A DNA stretch of 64,000 nt from Lophium mytilinum. Its lineage: Eukaryota. A program made the translations under genes and the position numbers. Location of the stretch: assembly GCA_010093605.1 (NCBI GenBank), contig MU004190.1:992001-1056000 (forward strand), written 5' to 3'. This document shows positions 26,535 to 38,800 of this stretch, piece by piece. The notes beneath the pieces were generated by a model that saw only the letters and a program-made list of their open reading frames with translations, searched no databases and was not told the DNA's origin. Position 1 is the stretch's first letter; each line of letters begins with the position of its first letter.

Positions 26535-28665
26535 TGCCGCCTTTTGTTTATATTCCCAAACAAACACACATATTCCCAATGTACCCCTTTTCTACCCCCA
26601 TACTCCACTCCTGTACCCCAATAATCACATCACCTACCCCTATCTTGTACAGAAAAGAAAGACCCCGCGTTAAACGCTGGCGCTTCCCCCGGGCGCGCCT
26701 GTAGACCGGCCTCGCAGCTGTCCTCACCGCCACAGGGGGTCGCCGCAGCTGACGCCTCCACCACCACTGCCCCCCAATTTTTCACGGACGAACTACGCTG
26801 TCTCCCGTCGTCGTTCCACGCCGTCTTTGATACCCATCCCCACCTCCATCTCCACCCCCGTGCCCGCTCCCACAGTTCCGCTTCCGCTTCCGCTTCTACT
26901 ACCACTATTCTCTTCGTTCATTCCGCGCTTAAGAGGGCTTTCGGCTCACGCCGGTATACGCAATAGCTTGCTACCACCAATACCACATACACTACATCAA
27001 CTAGACCATCAACAACAACAACAAATACAACAACCTCAACAACAATCTACAAATCTACCCAACCTCTCCCCTACCCCCTCCAACTCCTCAACCGCCAGCA
27101 CCGGCACGCGCTCCTCAATCGCCTCGTCTGCGTCGGCGTCGAGCACGTCGCCGCCCCCCTCCCCCACCGCCGCCGCGCACAAATTCCGCCGCGACATCCT
27201 AGGGAGGCGGAAACCTCGCGCGGCGGCCGTAGTGCCGGGCGGCGGGTTCTGGGGCGCGGCGGCGCATTTCCATCAGCAGCGGCATGCGCATTATGCGCGT
27301 GAGCCGCCGCGGTCGGCGCCGGGGTCGCGGCCGGGGAGTTCGCAGGAGAGCAGAGTCACGTTTATGGTTGCGGAGGGGCCGAAGGTGGAGAGGGTGGAGG
27401 AGGGGGCCGTGAGGGCGGAGGTGGGGGATTAGGGTTTGGATTAGGGGAAGGGAGAAAGGGGGTTGAAAGTACAAGGGTTTAGGGGGGTTGCATCAGGTGG
27501 AGTTTGAGGATAGGGAGGTTTTATGAAATGTTTCAATGAGCGGGTGGGTGGGTAGATTTTGGACTTCCTAGCATTAGCGGTCAGGGGCGATACCATTATG
27601 CACTTTTTTCGATTCTTCAGAGGATGGAATGAAGTGATGCGAGTTGAGTGAGGCTTTGTGATTGTACGAAGCACGTGCTCGACGCAGGTGGTTGTGTAAC
27701 CCAGGCGGCTATTTTCTTCACTTTCGTGCGTGATACCGCGTTCGGCGAAGACCCCCGAGCAGTAAACAGAACAGAACAAAATACTGATTAGGCGAGGGTG
27801 CTGGCCATTAAGGAGGGTCCACGTTCACATGCTCAGAGCATCGTTTCTCGCCCATCTCGGATTCTTCAAAAGTGTCTACTTGCACATGCTATTCACATGC
27901 TTCTCTCCCCTTTCCACGCATTCGCAAGAGAGTCTAGATCAGGGACCCAGCACGTCGCGTCGGCTGCCTATTTCCGCTCTTGCACAATCCAGGATATGCC
28001 TATGTTTGACCACCGCTCGATTCCGCGGCTTCCGATGCACAAAGCAGCCATGCAGCCCAGCAATCTGGGTTCGGGAACGACGGCGGGTCATCAGTGGCAA
28101 GGAGGCGCGCGTCGAGTCCGAGGCGATGTGCAGATGAGCTGCTGGGGGGGTTCGGAGAATTGCTGAGGGGACGCAACGGGCATGTTCGGAATGAGGGAGC
28201 GGCAGTGTATGTGCGCAAAAGAGAAAGTCCAGCCTTTGCCCTGTGGTACTACATAGCTCGGTTCGAGGTTCGAGATGCGTTCGGACAATCCTAGATCCTA
28301 GATAGCAGCGGGTCGGCCCGGCTGGTGGCTAGTTCGGCCGATTTGGAGACCGTAGGTCGGCTGACGAGGGGTGGTGAGAGGTGGGGTAGAATGGTGGAGC
28401 GATGGGTCGATGGGGCGATCGTTATGAGAATCGGAGAGCGGTGAGGTGGGTGGGTGTTGGGATTCCGAGTTGCCGTGATGCCGTACCCGTACCCGTAACG
28501 AGCTTTGCACACAGATGGTTTTCGCGCTGGTTTCGAGGTGGAGGTTCAGATCTGTTTTCAGGGCAGGAGATTGCTGTGGCGGTGCATTCGATCCGGGGTA
28601 TTCTCGTTTAGTTCCCATTTATCCCAGATATATTTGTATTCGGTTGGAAAGCGAGCTTCTCGATC

Positions 28666-30145
28666 TCAGCTCTCGAATAGAAGCCCAGCTGCGATCTCTA
28701 CGTTCCCGTCCGTCGCGTTTAGAGCAGCCACGGCCTCCTGTCTCGAGAATCCTATAACTGTGAGTGATTCGATTGATTCCGCAGGCCAGGAAACGGGCGG
28801 GGTGGGCAGAGAGGCGATGATTTGACCCAGATTTGCCCCAGACAGCCCAGGTGCTGTGGAAGCTGGAGGGTCAGGCGTCCGAAGAACGGTTCCTAGACCG
28901 CCGACCCATCCAGCTTGTCCATCGGCGCCGTTGCTTATAGCCTGGAGATGGGCTTTATCCTCACCACCACCGGCATTGAAATACTGCAGCTAATATTAGC
29001 GAAATCCACACGAGTTTTCATCAGTCGGACTCCTCGAAAGAGAAAAACATAAGATGTTCCACTTACCTCCCACCCCATAACGCCCCCAAATCCCTCCCCA
29101 CGGTCTTTATACCGTGCCCGTAAAAGCCCCAGTACTTCTCTTAGCTTGGCTAATCCCACATACCCTGCCCCGTTACCCGGATTCGTAACTACGCCCACAA
29201 CCACCTTGCGGGGATGCCACCCGGCCGCTACGATAGCATCGTACCACTGAGTGCTCCCCGCATCGCCCCACCCGCAGTAGAACTGCGTGTTGTACCAACT
29301 AACCTCCTGTCCAGCCGGCGAGTTCTCGAGAGCCGGGTAGCTGAAGCCTGAGAGGTGCGGGAGAGTGGGGTGGAGCGGGTTTGGCGTTGGATTTGGGGAT
29401 AGAATGGGCCGTGGGTGGAGATGGGCATGAGCGGGATCGGGAAGGAGAGCAGTCGCCACGGGAGCGAGGGTGATAAGGAATTCGGGCCCGAAGTCAGTTC
29501 GGAGACGATGGATAAGGCGTTGGGCTGTGGCGAGGGAGATTTGTTCTTCGACGTCCAGATCTAGACCGTCGAGGGCGTGAACACATATGATATCGTGGAG
29601 GGGCCGGTAATAGGATTCGAACTATTGGGTGTTAGGTAAGCTCTAGGTGCGATCTAGCAGGTGGAGGGTTTGGAAATAGTGGAGTTTGCTGTCGAGGGGT
29701 GTGGAGTGCTTCGAATCTCTATCCCGCACAGCACCATGAACGAGGCTTCGACCCAATCTCCGCTCTCTTTCTAGCCCTCTCGTAATCCGCCCTTGAAAAG
29801 AGACAAAGCACTCACACTCTCGTCGCCCCCACTCAACCTCTCAAAACTCCCTCTCGCAGCACCGCCCAGCATCCCTAGCACCTTGACTCCAGTCCCCTGT
29901 AACCACTTGACCTCGCTCCACAGGGTCTTAAACTTGTCGGCGCTAGGCGGATTATCGTTGAGTGTGATGTTCCCGGGGCCTTCATTGAGATGGATCGCAG
30001 CGACTATAACGTGTGTGACGCCAGTGTTTTGCGTGATGAGGGGGAGGAGGGAAATTGGATTGCCGCTACCATCGTGGTGGGTTTGGGCATAGAGGACCAG
30101 TCGCGGGCCCATGTGGTGAGGGAGGAGGGTTTGGGTGGGCGGCAT
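28666..30145 (-). CDS. Cytosolic GH18 endo-beta-N-acetylglucosaminidase-like protein with C-terminal UBA domain; 3 exons
   Basis: RLVLYAQTHH, VTHVIVAAIHLN, LGMLGGAARGSF, catalytic DGLDLDVEE, WYNTQFYCGWG, GGVMGWE|YFN; no signal peptide. The last exon, missed by the ORF track, ends WPAESIESLTVIGFSRQEAVAALNATDGNVEIAAGLLFES*. Confidence 0.88.
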
Positions 30146-30685
30146 GGTCGTTGTTATGCGTCTGGTAAGCTGCGAATGAAGCTGGGAGGTTGTGTTGTGC
30201 AGGAGGGGAGATGGTGGCGTTCATCCCTAGCTTCGTAAGGCTGAGTGTGGGGTTGGGTCTGAACTTTACGAGATGCCAGGGTCCGCAACACTATTTGAAC
30301 ATCCTGTGATATTCCACTGGTGGCGAGGTTGTCCGGTCTATCATAGAATATGGTGAGTTAGTTCATGCAGCAGTAGTCAAGCACTCTGACGAACACTGTG
30401 TGAGCATCACGTTCATGAAAAGGTAGGACGTCTATCCAAAACACGAACTAGTTCATGCAATTACAAAGTAAAGAGTGCGTGAGACTACTCCACAGAACCC
30501 AAAACGCCCGGTGCCAGCCTCACTTCCGTCCCATGTGTGAGCCATCATGCATTGAGGCATAATTGAAACAGCAAACCCACAGCTCTACCGAGTCCCATCC
30601 CACCCTGCAGCTATGCCCAAGAATGCCTACCCCCAGAACTCCGTAACTGCAACATCATCATCATATTCGCCTTGACATAAGAGCA

Positions 30686-31859
30686 TTAATGGTAGCCATT
30701 GTATGGCGCTCCAGCGTAGCCGGCCGGGGGCTTGCCGGTGAAGTATGGGTGGATCACTGCTTGCTTAGCTGAGATACGACCGGCAGGATCATAGACTAGG
30801 AGAGCGTCGAGTAGATCAAGGCCAGCGTCATCTAAGGTGGTAACGACAGTCGCAATGTCCGTCCGAGGCCACTTAGGGAAAGAAGCTTTGAAGTCGGGGA
30901 ACGAAGTGACACCCGGCCATTCAGCTTCAGTCGGCGTTCCGAGGACGCTGTATATAGTTAGAGTTTATCTCAATGTGATAAGTCGGTATGACATACCGGA
31001 AGATCTTGAAGATCTCGTCGATCTCCGAGTCACCAGGGAATAGTGGTTTCCGCGTGCACATCTCGGCGAAGATGCAACCAACCGACCACATGTCGACACC
31101 GGTGGAATATTGGCGGCCACCCAGCAGGATCTCCGGAGCGCGGTACCAGAGAGTGACAACCTATAACATATTAACATTCTGCCTCGTACTCCGATAGTAA
31201 GGACCAGTCGTACCTCATGCGTATAAGTCCGCAGGGGCACGCCAAAAGCCCTCGCCAAACCGAAATCCGCCAGCTTCAAATTGCCATCCTTGTCAATCAA
31301 CAGATTCTGCGGCTTCAAGTCGCGATGTAGGACCCGGTGAGCATGGCAGTACCGAATGCCCTCAACCAATTGTCCCATGAACTTCTTGACCATGTCGGGT
31401 CCCAGGCCGAGAGTCTGAAGCGCGGCTCCAGTGCCGTCGGGGAGAGCCTTGCCACGACCACCTTGGTTCACCGGGAGCGCCTCCATGTACTTCTTGAGAT
31501 CCAAATCGAGGAATTCGAAGACGAGATATAGCTTGTGGCCATCGGCGTGGACGATGTTGAAGAGGCGAACGATGTTGACGTTGTTCATCTCTTTCAGGAG
31601 GGAGATTTCTCGGATTGCGGTGCTGGGGACGCCTTCATCTTCGGCCTCTAGACGGATTTTCTTGAGCGCGACAATGCGCCTGTCCTTGTGCGTGAGGTCG
31701 ATAGCTTTGTACACGACTCCGTAGGTGCCTTATTGCGAGGTAATGTCAGCATTGAGCTCATGTAAACATCGTGGACTCAAAGGTCCCTCGCAAGGCTTGA
31801 GCTGTTAGAATTGAAATCTTACCCTCTCCGACCTTCTCCATCTTCTGGTAGTTCTCCAT
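30686..31859 (-). CDS. CDC28: Cyclin-dependent kinase 1 (Cdc28/Cdc2/NimX); 4 exons
   Basis: [72 protein letters not shown]. Confidence 0.97.
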
Positions 31860-32426
31860 GACGGATTGCTATGCTGCGGAAAGTATGTGCGGTGGGTAGG
31901 TGTGGTTTAATGGAGCACAGCTGTATTTGTGCTGCGCGACAATTTAAGGAGTGAGCTTTAGAACGACGTGCAGGCTTGCTGGTGAACGAAGGGCCGCTCG
32001 GATGTAGCGAAGGTGTAGAATGGCCGGCCGAGAACGCAATGGCGGTCCTGTGTGTTAGTAGTGAGCAGCGAGGGCGGTGGAAGTGTTTGGTGGTTGCTGG
32101 AGGGGGCGTCGTGTGAGTAAACAATTCGCGGCGGTTCAAAACGCGAACCAGGAACAACGGCCTTGGCGCTATCATCCACACAAAATTCACCATCCGTATG
32201 TTATCGAAAGGTTTCACTTAGGGATTTGAAGAAGCCTAAATCGTTATATCTGCACTCGCGAGATACTATGCTCCGTTGCGAGATCATCGAGATTCAACGG
32301 TCGGATTGGTGACATCCATTCGTGCAAAATTTGTACCTCTTGGAGGTGCTTCATGGACTTCAAGGCATCGGAAAACCATCACATTCCAGGCCGTAAAATC
32401 AAGCAGAATACTTCAGAGTCTCAATC

Positions 32427-33699
32427 ATGCCTCAAACCCCCTCGGCGCCTCTCAATCCTCATGAGAGGCCTCCGGAACAGGTTAAAAATGTCTACAAAAC
32501 CTATCAAAAGATGAAGCCAAAGGAGCTAGCTGTAGACCCAGACATCATAGACTTCACGAGAGGACTATCCGAAATTCAGCGCGCATCTATCAACGTCATT
32601 GAAGAAATTGACCCTAAGAAGCTCAACGAAGCTTTCCGCGACTTCGAAGGTATCGAAAGCAGCTCCGGCGACGAGATCACAACACCCATTCGAGTGTACG
32701 AGCACTCAAATATGCCAGGTAAAGCGCACTTCCCTCGCACTAGCTTCGCGGCTATCGCTTTCCTTCCATCTCTTCTCATAGTCTACTGCTGTATTTCTTC
32801 TCATAATCTACTGCTGTATCTCTTCTCATCCTCTACAGCTATGCCTTACTTCTTGTCCCCCAATTCTGAAACAAAAAGCACACTCCTCATCTATCAACCC
32901 CTAACACACACCAGGCCTCCACATCCTCCCCTCCCTCCTCCCTCCCTCCACCCAACGCCTCCTCCTCACCCGCCTCCTCCACCGCGACCTCAGCAACCCC
33001 ACCCACCTCACAAACATCCACACCCACTACACCCTCGCCTACCCCCCTCCAACCGCCTTTTCCCCAACCCCCTCCCTCTTCACCCACCCCCCAACCTCCC
33101 CCCTCCCCATCGCCGTTCCTCTAGACCCTAGCATCCACCGCCCCTTCCCCGCCCACCCCCTCCTCACCCGCAAACTCCGCTGGCTCACCCTCGGCGGCCA
33201 GTACGACTGGACCGCGAAACGCTACCCACTGTCCCCACCCCCGCCGTTCCCGCCCGATATCGCCGCGCTCCTCGACTCTGTCTTCCCGGAAACGCGGCCA
33301 GAGGCTGCGATTGTGAATCTGTATACGCCGGGGGATACGCTGAGCGTGCATCGCGATGTGGCGGAGGGGAGCGAGAGGGGGCTGAGCTCGGTGAGTTTGG
33401 GGTGCGAGGGGGTTTTTGTAGTAGGGTTTAGTGGGGAGGGGGAGGTGGGAACGGGGGGGACGGTGTTGACGTTTCGCTTGCCATCGGGGAGTGCGGTGTA
33501 TATGAGCGGCACAGCAAGGTGGGCGTGGCACGGGGTGCCGCAAGTAGTGGCGGGGACGTGTCCGGGTTATTTGGCGAATTGGCCGGCGGAAGAGAGGGGA
33601 AAGGATGGGGAAGACGCGGAGGGTGGAGAGTACGAGGCGTGGAGGGGGTGGATGGCGAACAAGAGGGTTAATTTGAACGTGAGGCAGATGTGGGATTGA
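32427..33699 (+). CDS. AlkB-family Fe(II)/2-oxoglutarate dioxygenase (ALKBH1/Abh1-like); 2 exons
   Basis: Intron 32719-32914; LLHRDLSNPTHLTNIH, KLRWLTLGGQYDW, AIVNLY, HRD, WAWHGVP, KRVNLNVRQ. Divergent from CDC28. Confidence 0.9.
32771..32845. repeat. 25-bp tandem repeat (~3 copies) inside the AlkB intron
   Basis: tcttctcatagtctactgctgtatt / tcttctcataatctactgctgtatc / tcttctcatcctctacagctatgcc. Confidence 0.75.
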
Positions 33700-33930
33700 G
33701 TCGGCGATCCGATCCGCCATCGCTCCAATCTTTCAATTTCATAGTCACACAAGCATAGGGACAGAAGACATGTTGTGAGGATTGGAAGAAGAATTGACAT
33801 TAGAAACGTTGCTCATAAGCTGACGTGGATGGTATACTTCGCCGAAACCCAGATCCATTACTACCCCAATCTGGAATGAGATGCAATTTACTCCTCGCTC
33901 GACCGCCTCAGATGGAAGAAATCCGGCACT

Positions 33931-35819
33931 CTAGTACGCACCCGGCTTCCCCTCGATTCCAGACTTAGGCTGTGAAATCGCGCTCGCAGGTGTAGCACTG
34001 GCTGGGTGCGCACTGCTCGGGGTCTGGTGCAGCGTCTCCTTCTCCATAGCTAGGTTCTGCGTATTCAAAGGCGCAGGCTGCCTGGACTCAGTCGGACTAA
34101 TAGGGCTGTTCGGGGAAGAGGAGTCAGGTAGCTCGTTTGTCGTCTGGCCAGCAGCGGCTCTGATAATCTCCCACCACTGGTTCGCGTCATTCGGCGTGTG
34201 AGCCTTGAATGCGAACTCGTGGGACATGCTGAAGGTGTTTCCGACCTTCCCTTTGCTGACGTCCTTGCCCTTAACATTGAACTTCTGCCCGGAGCACGCG
34301 CCGACGATGCAGTCGGGAAGGTACAACGAGACTTCCGGCGTGGGGTCTTTGGCGAAATCGTCGTCGGTCTTGAACTCGTGGAGGAACTTGGAAGGTGTGA
34401 CAACATAGTAGTTGGTGTCGTACTTCTTGAGCAGCTTGCCCTTGCGCTCAAGGGATCCCGCAATCATGGGCTGCGTAGCCTTGTGGTTCTGGTTCGGGAA
34501 GCTGATGTTGGAGATGGAGCGAGCAGGGGCAGAGGGATTGATTAGGATGCCTTCTTCGCGGTGGATGAAGCCGTTCCACTCGAAGTCTGGTGCGATGGAT
34601 TGTGTCGTCATGGTCATGTCGGCGTACATGGCCTTGGTCTGCTCAGCCTGCGCGGCGAGGACCTGGTTGAAGGAGCCCCAGCCCTGCTGCACGACAGCAA
34701 TGACGTGCGCCTCGAATTGCGCGAAGCTGTTCTGCACTGCGATAAGGTCCTGGCGGTTGTTGTTCTCCTCTTGGATCTGCTTGTTGAGGCGATGCATCAC
34801 GCCGCGTTGGAGGACGTAGGGGTCTTCGGTGGCGCTCATCTTGCCGCCGGTGGAGTCGTAGCCGGCCGTGTGCTGGCCTAGAAGTTCAATATGCTTCTGG
34901 GTTGTGTTTCGTGCCTTGTCCACCAACTTGCTGCCTTTGCCGGCACCCTTTGTAAGCTCCTTCTGCTTGTTTTTTATTTCAGTGTGGAGGCGTTCGAAGA
35001 TGGGGAGGATGGTGCCTTTTAGTTGCTTTGCGGTGTCGTAGTGGGAGTTTGAGATGCCCTGCATATGTCAATAACTGCCGTGTCCTATCATGGTAGAGGT
35101 ATTACCTGTGTGTTTGACCTGATGTTGTCGAACATGCCTGCAACGCCGCCGAGGCTCTGGTTGAACTGTGTACCTTCTTTCAATGGGCTAGAGACTGCCT
35201 ATCATATTGTTACTATACCCAGACGTTGCTCAGGATCGAGCTGGACTTACCTTGAGCACTTTCTCGTACTCCTTCCCGTGAGCATGCTGCATCTTCTCTG
35301 TCGCGGTGACATAGTCTTCTATATAAACGACAGCGTGCTTCCAGGCCTGAAGCCTCGTATTGAACAGCTTGGTCACCTGTTCGAACCTTTAGCTTTCAGT
35401 CCAATCCAAGAAGAAATTCCCATCCCCTGAGAAGGAAAGAAAGAATCGGCGGGCTGGGCCTTGAATGGAAAAGTGACAGTTCCCTCGGTTTGTGCAGCAG
35501 CAGCTACACCTACACGTTCAAGAGCAGCCCTGTCAAGTTCACTTTGCTTCTTGTAGCTGAGAACTGGAGATGCCCCGCCATCAGGCTCTTCCGGGGTATC
35601 AAACCACTCTTCAACCGGTTGGGCGCCGTCACCTTGTCCATAGCAATCCACGCGCACCGAAACCTTTGTAGACTTGAGACGAAAAGGAATAGCGATAGAG
35701 CCCTGAGCTCTCATCCGGCGTACCTCGCTGGTGTCCTCGCCGGGTACAGCGTCTTCCTCGCTGCCGTTCGAGAAGGTCCGTGATGGTAGCACAGACTGCT
35801 GAGGTGATGTCGCTGCCAT
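33931..35819 (-). CDS. Slm1/Slm2-like BAR-PH domain protein; 4 exons
   Basis: Helical N-terminal region (RLQAWKHAVVYIEDY, EDPYVL) followed by a PH domain: GSLERKGKLLKKYDTNYYVVTPSKFLHEFK..PEVSLYLPDC..FAFKA..WWEII. Confidence 0.82.
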
Positions 35820-38800
35820 GATAGTGATGTTTATCCGGTAGCGAATGGATGTGTTGTTGTTAGGGAAATTGTAGGAGGAGGAGGGTGTAGGGTGATGTTT
35901 AGGTCTGCTCCGTGTTCGCAGGAAGGTGTATGCTCAAGGCTAGCTAGCTTGGGATATCACGCCGTAGAATGCGTAAACAGCTAAAATGAGCAAGAGCAAA
36001 TGGGGAGCACGTCGATGCAGTTCTTGCAATATAGAGATGGATCAAGTTATGTGTTCAGCAGAACGAACTTATATTCTTTTTCCAACTGGACCCTGTTGTC
36101 CTGATGGTGCTACGTCATGGATCACTGAAAATCATTTTTGGGTGTGGTGGCCCATCTCGGCCTGGAACCCGATTTTACCTAGGGACTGCTGGGAGATGCC
36201 TGCTCAATCAAATATAGGCTTGGCGGAGTGGGGCAGTGCATGTATAATTTCGCGCACGGGTACAAACTTTATCAGACTGTCTCTGATTTCCCTTGGTGAG
36301 TGTGACTTTTCATCTCCAGAGCCCTCGGAGCTCGTTCCTAGCTCACTGACATCAGTCTAGTCTACGTTACGCTGCTTTGCCCTAAGTCCAGTCGCACGGT
36401 GTTGGTGGCGGGTGCAAAAGGCGGCTGGCCTTGATGGAGAGTCTCTGCGATGGCTTTCAACCTTCCATTCTTATGATAGTTACCATCCCTTTACACAGAT
36501 TCTCCAAGAAATTCTTCAGTCTTCTGCTCTTTATCTCCACTCGATCCTATGTCCATTATAAAAAACTATCATTGTTAAGCACCACCTCCTCCTATTCTCG
36601 TTCTTCATCTCAGCATATCAATGCACATCATCATTATTCATATGTTCCTCCTCTCTAAGTTCGAATCACTCCCCACCCATCAAACTCCTCTTCATTTAGG
36701 TTTGATTCCCCACAGCACCATAGATGCTTTTCATTCTATCGTCGACTCCCCAGTCCCCGCCCATGGCATCCTCCTTCCCGCCACTGTCTGATCCCCAGAA
36801 CCCCAGGAGCATGGCAGCTTACTGTTAGAGATTTCGATCGCCAGCCAGCACACAATCAAATATTGAAGTGTAGTTGTTGCTCCCGATCTGACCATGAGAC
36901 TGTTCCTCTGAAGGTTTGATGCCTCAACTCCACTGTTATCTTCGCGGACCTCTTTTCACACATGGTACGTTGCCGCAGCCGATGTAGCCAGATCCGCACA
37001 TAATGGACTTGCATGTGAGTGTTTGATGGCTGCACCCGGTCACATTTCTTAGGCAGAGGTTTGACGAACTCCACCCGGCCATGGAGAAGTGCGCTTGTTG
37101 AGGCTGATCGAGCCAGGCACCGCCCATAAGAGCGTACAGCATGGCTTGATTGAAACTGGCTCCACCCATGTAGATGAGCAGTTGGTTGTTTGATACACTC
37201 CTCCCTCCATCTTCAACCTCGAGTCACTTTGTTAATCAGGCACAACACTATCCTGCCCATTGTATCTCCGTCTGGTACGGATTGACCGCCCTGGACATAG
37301 CCCATAGCTTGTTCGTGCGGGAGTCGTTGATGCCGCTCCTCCATTACATTTCTGGCTGGAACTGTTCGGCCGCCACAGCCCGACGGATCATCGTGGGGTG
37401 ACCCAAGTGAATTTTGGTGGCCAACCACCACACCATCAAATTAGAGCGATTCTTTTGCTGACGCTGACACCAACTCTGCTCATAAGAACCCCTTGCAGCC
37501 GAGGTTTGATGCTTCCACTCCATTCCAGAGGTCTTTCCAACTTTTGAACGAGACACCACTCCACTCTCATCGATCGGGGCATCCAGGCGGTATTATCTGA
37601 CCCCAGACACCATGAGGACATTCAGCGATGGGATTTGTTGAAACCAACTCAACCCCATGAGAAGTTTGAAGTGATTCTTTTGATGCCTCCACCTCACCCA
37701 TCATATCGTCCACGTAAGTATTTGAACGACTCAGACACCGTTCCACCCATCAATCTTTCTTTTTTTGGTTGTTAAATACCCCAGGCATCCCCATGCATCG
37801 ATCGGGTGTACGATTTCGCAACCCGGACACCACCCCACATAGATCGTCGATGCAATGGGTTTGAACACTCAGACACCGCAGCCATCACAGGTAGTCTGGC
37901 AACGTGTCGACTTCCCATCACATACGCATGTAGCAGTTGGTTTTCTGATCCCTTCTTCTTCTTCTCCCCTGCCTCTGAAGAAGAGAAACGGGGCGGGGGA
38001 GAGGGGCTCTTATACGAAAGCAAGAGGGGGCGTTTGTCAGCGGCACGTGGTGACGGGGAATTGCGGGACTTTCAACGGCTTTGAGTGGCTGGGATTGACG
38101 GCGGTGTGGACATGATAGATAAGAAGTGGACAGAGTAAGGGGGGTAGCGGTCATGTGAGGTTCACGTGCGCTTGGCTGGGGTCAGGGTATAAAACTTCCA
38201 CCTCTTAGAGGGTTAAGAGGGTAAGGGAGGTTGTGGTCGGTGTGGGATCAAACATGAAAGGAGCTCGTCCCATGGGGCAGAATCGGGATGTCGAACGTCT
38301 GATGTCTGTTGTCAGAAACACAGTAGACTGCTGGGCTGCATGGTGCGAAACCTGGTTAGCGATGAAATTATGCCGAGGGAGGAGGTTCATATATTGGTGA
38401 TTTCTATCGCCATTTCCCTTTACTCTCCAGCTTGATGTCTTTTGGATGCTGTCGATGGTGGTTTCTTGGAGATTCCGAAGGAAAGGTTTGAAGAATGCTG
38501 CTGGTGGGCGTCAGTGCGGATTGAGGAACGTCCCGCCTCCATCATGCTTTCGAGATCTTGTTTTACACTCGCACACGCACACCCTCCACCCATGGATCCT
38601 TGCTCCTGGTAGTGTTGATCCCCGGCGACCTCCACTCATTCAGGGCAGGTACTTTCTGATTGTAATTGCCCCGAGGAGAAAAGACCCGCCCCCTGCTTAG
38701 GCCCATAGAGGTTAAGGGGAAGGTCTTTTATAGAAAGGGATAGACAGCATTATTCAGCTTTCATGTGACTTCTACCCCAGTCACGAAGCACATTTTCAGA

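Noticed and set aside
31860..32426. MCB/SCB cell-cycle elements in the CDC28-AlkB divergent promoter
   Set aside because: Only partial CGCG cores, with no perfect ACGCGT or CGCGAAA; not distinguishable from chance.
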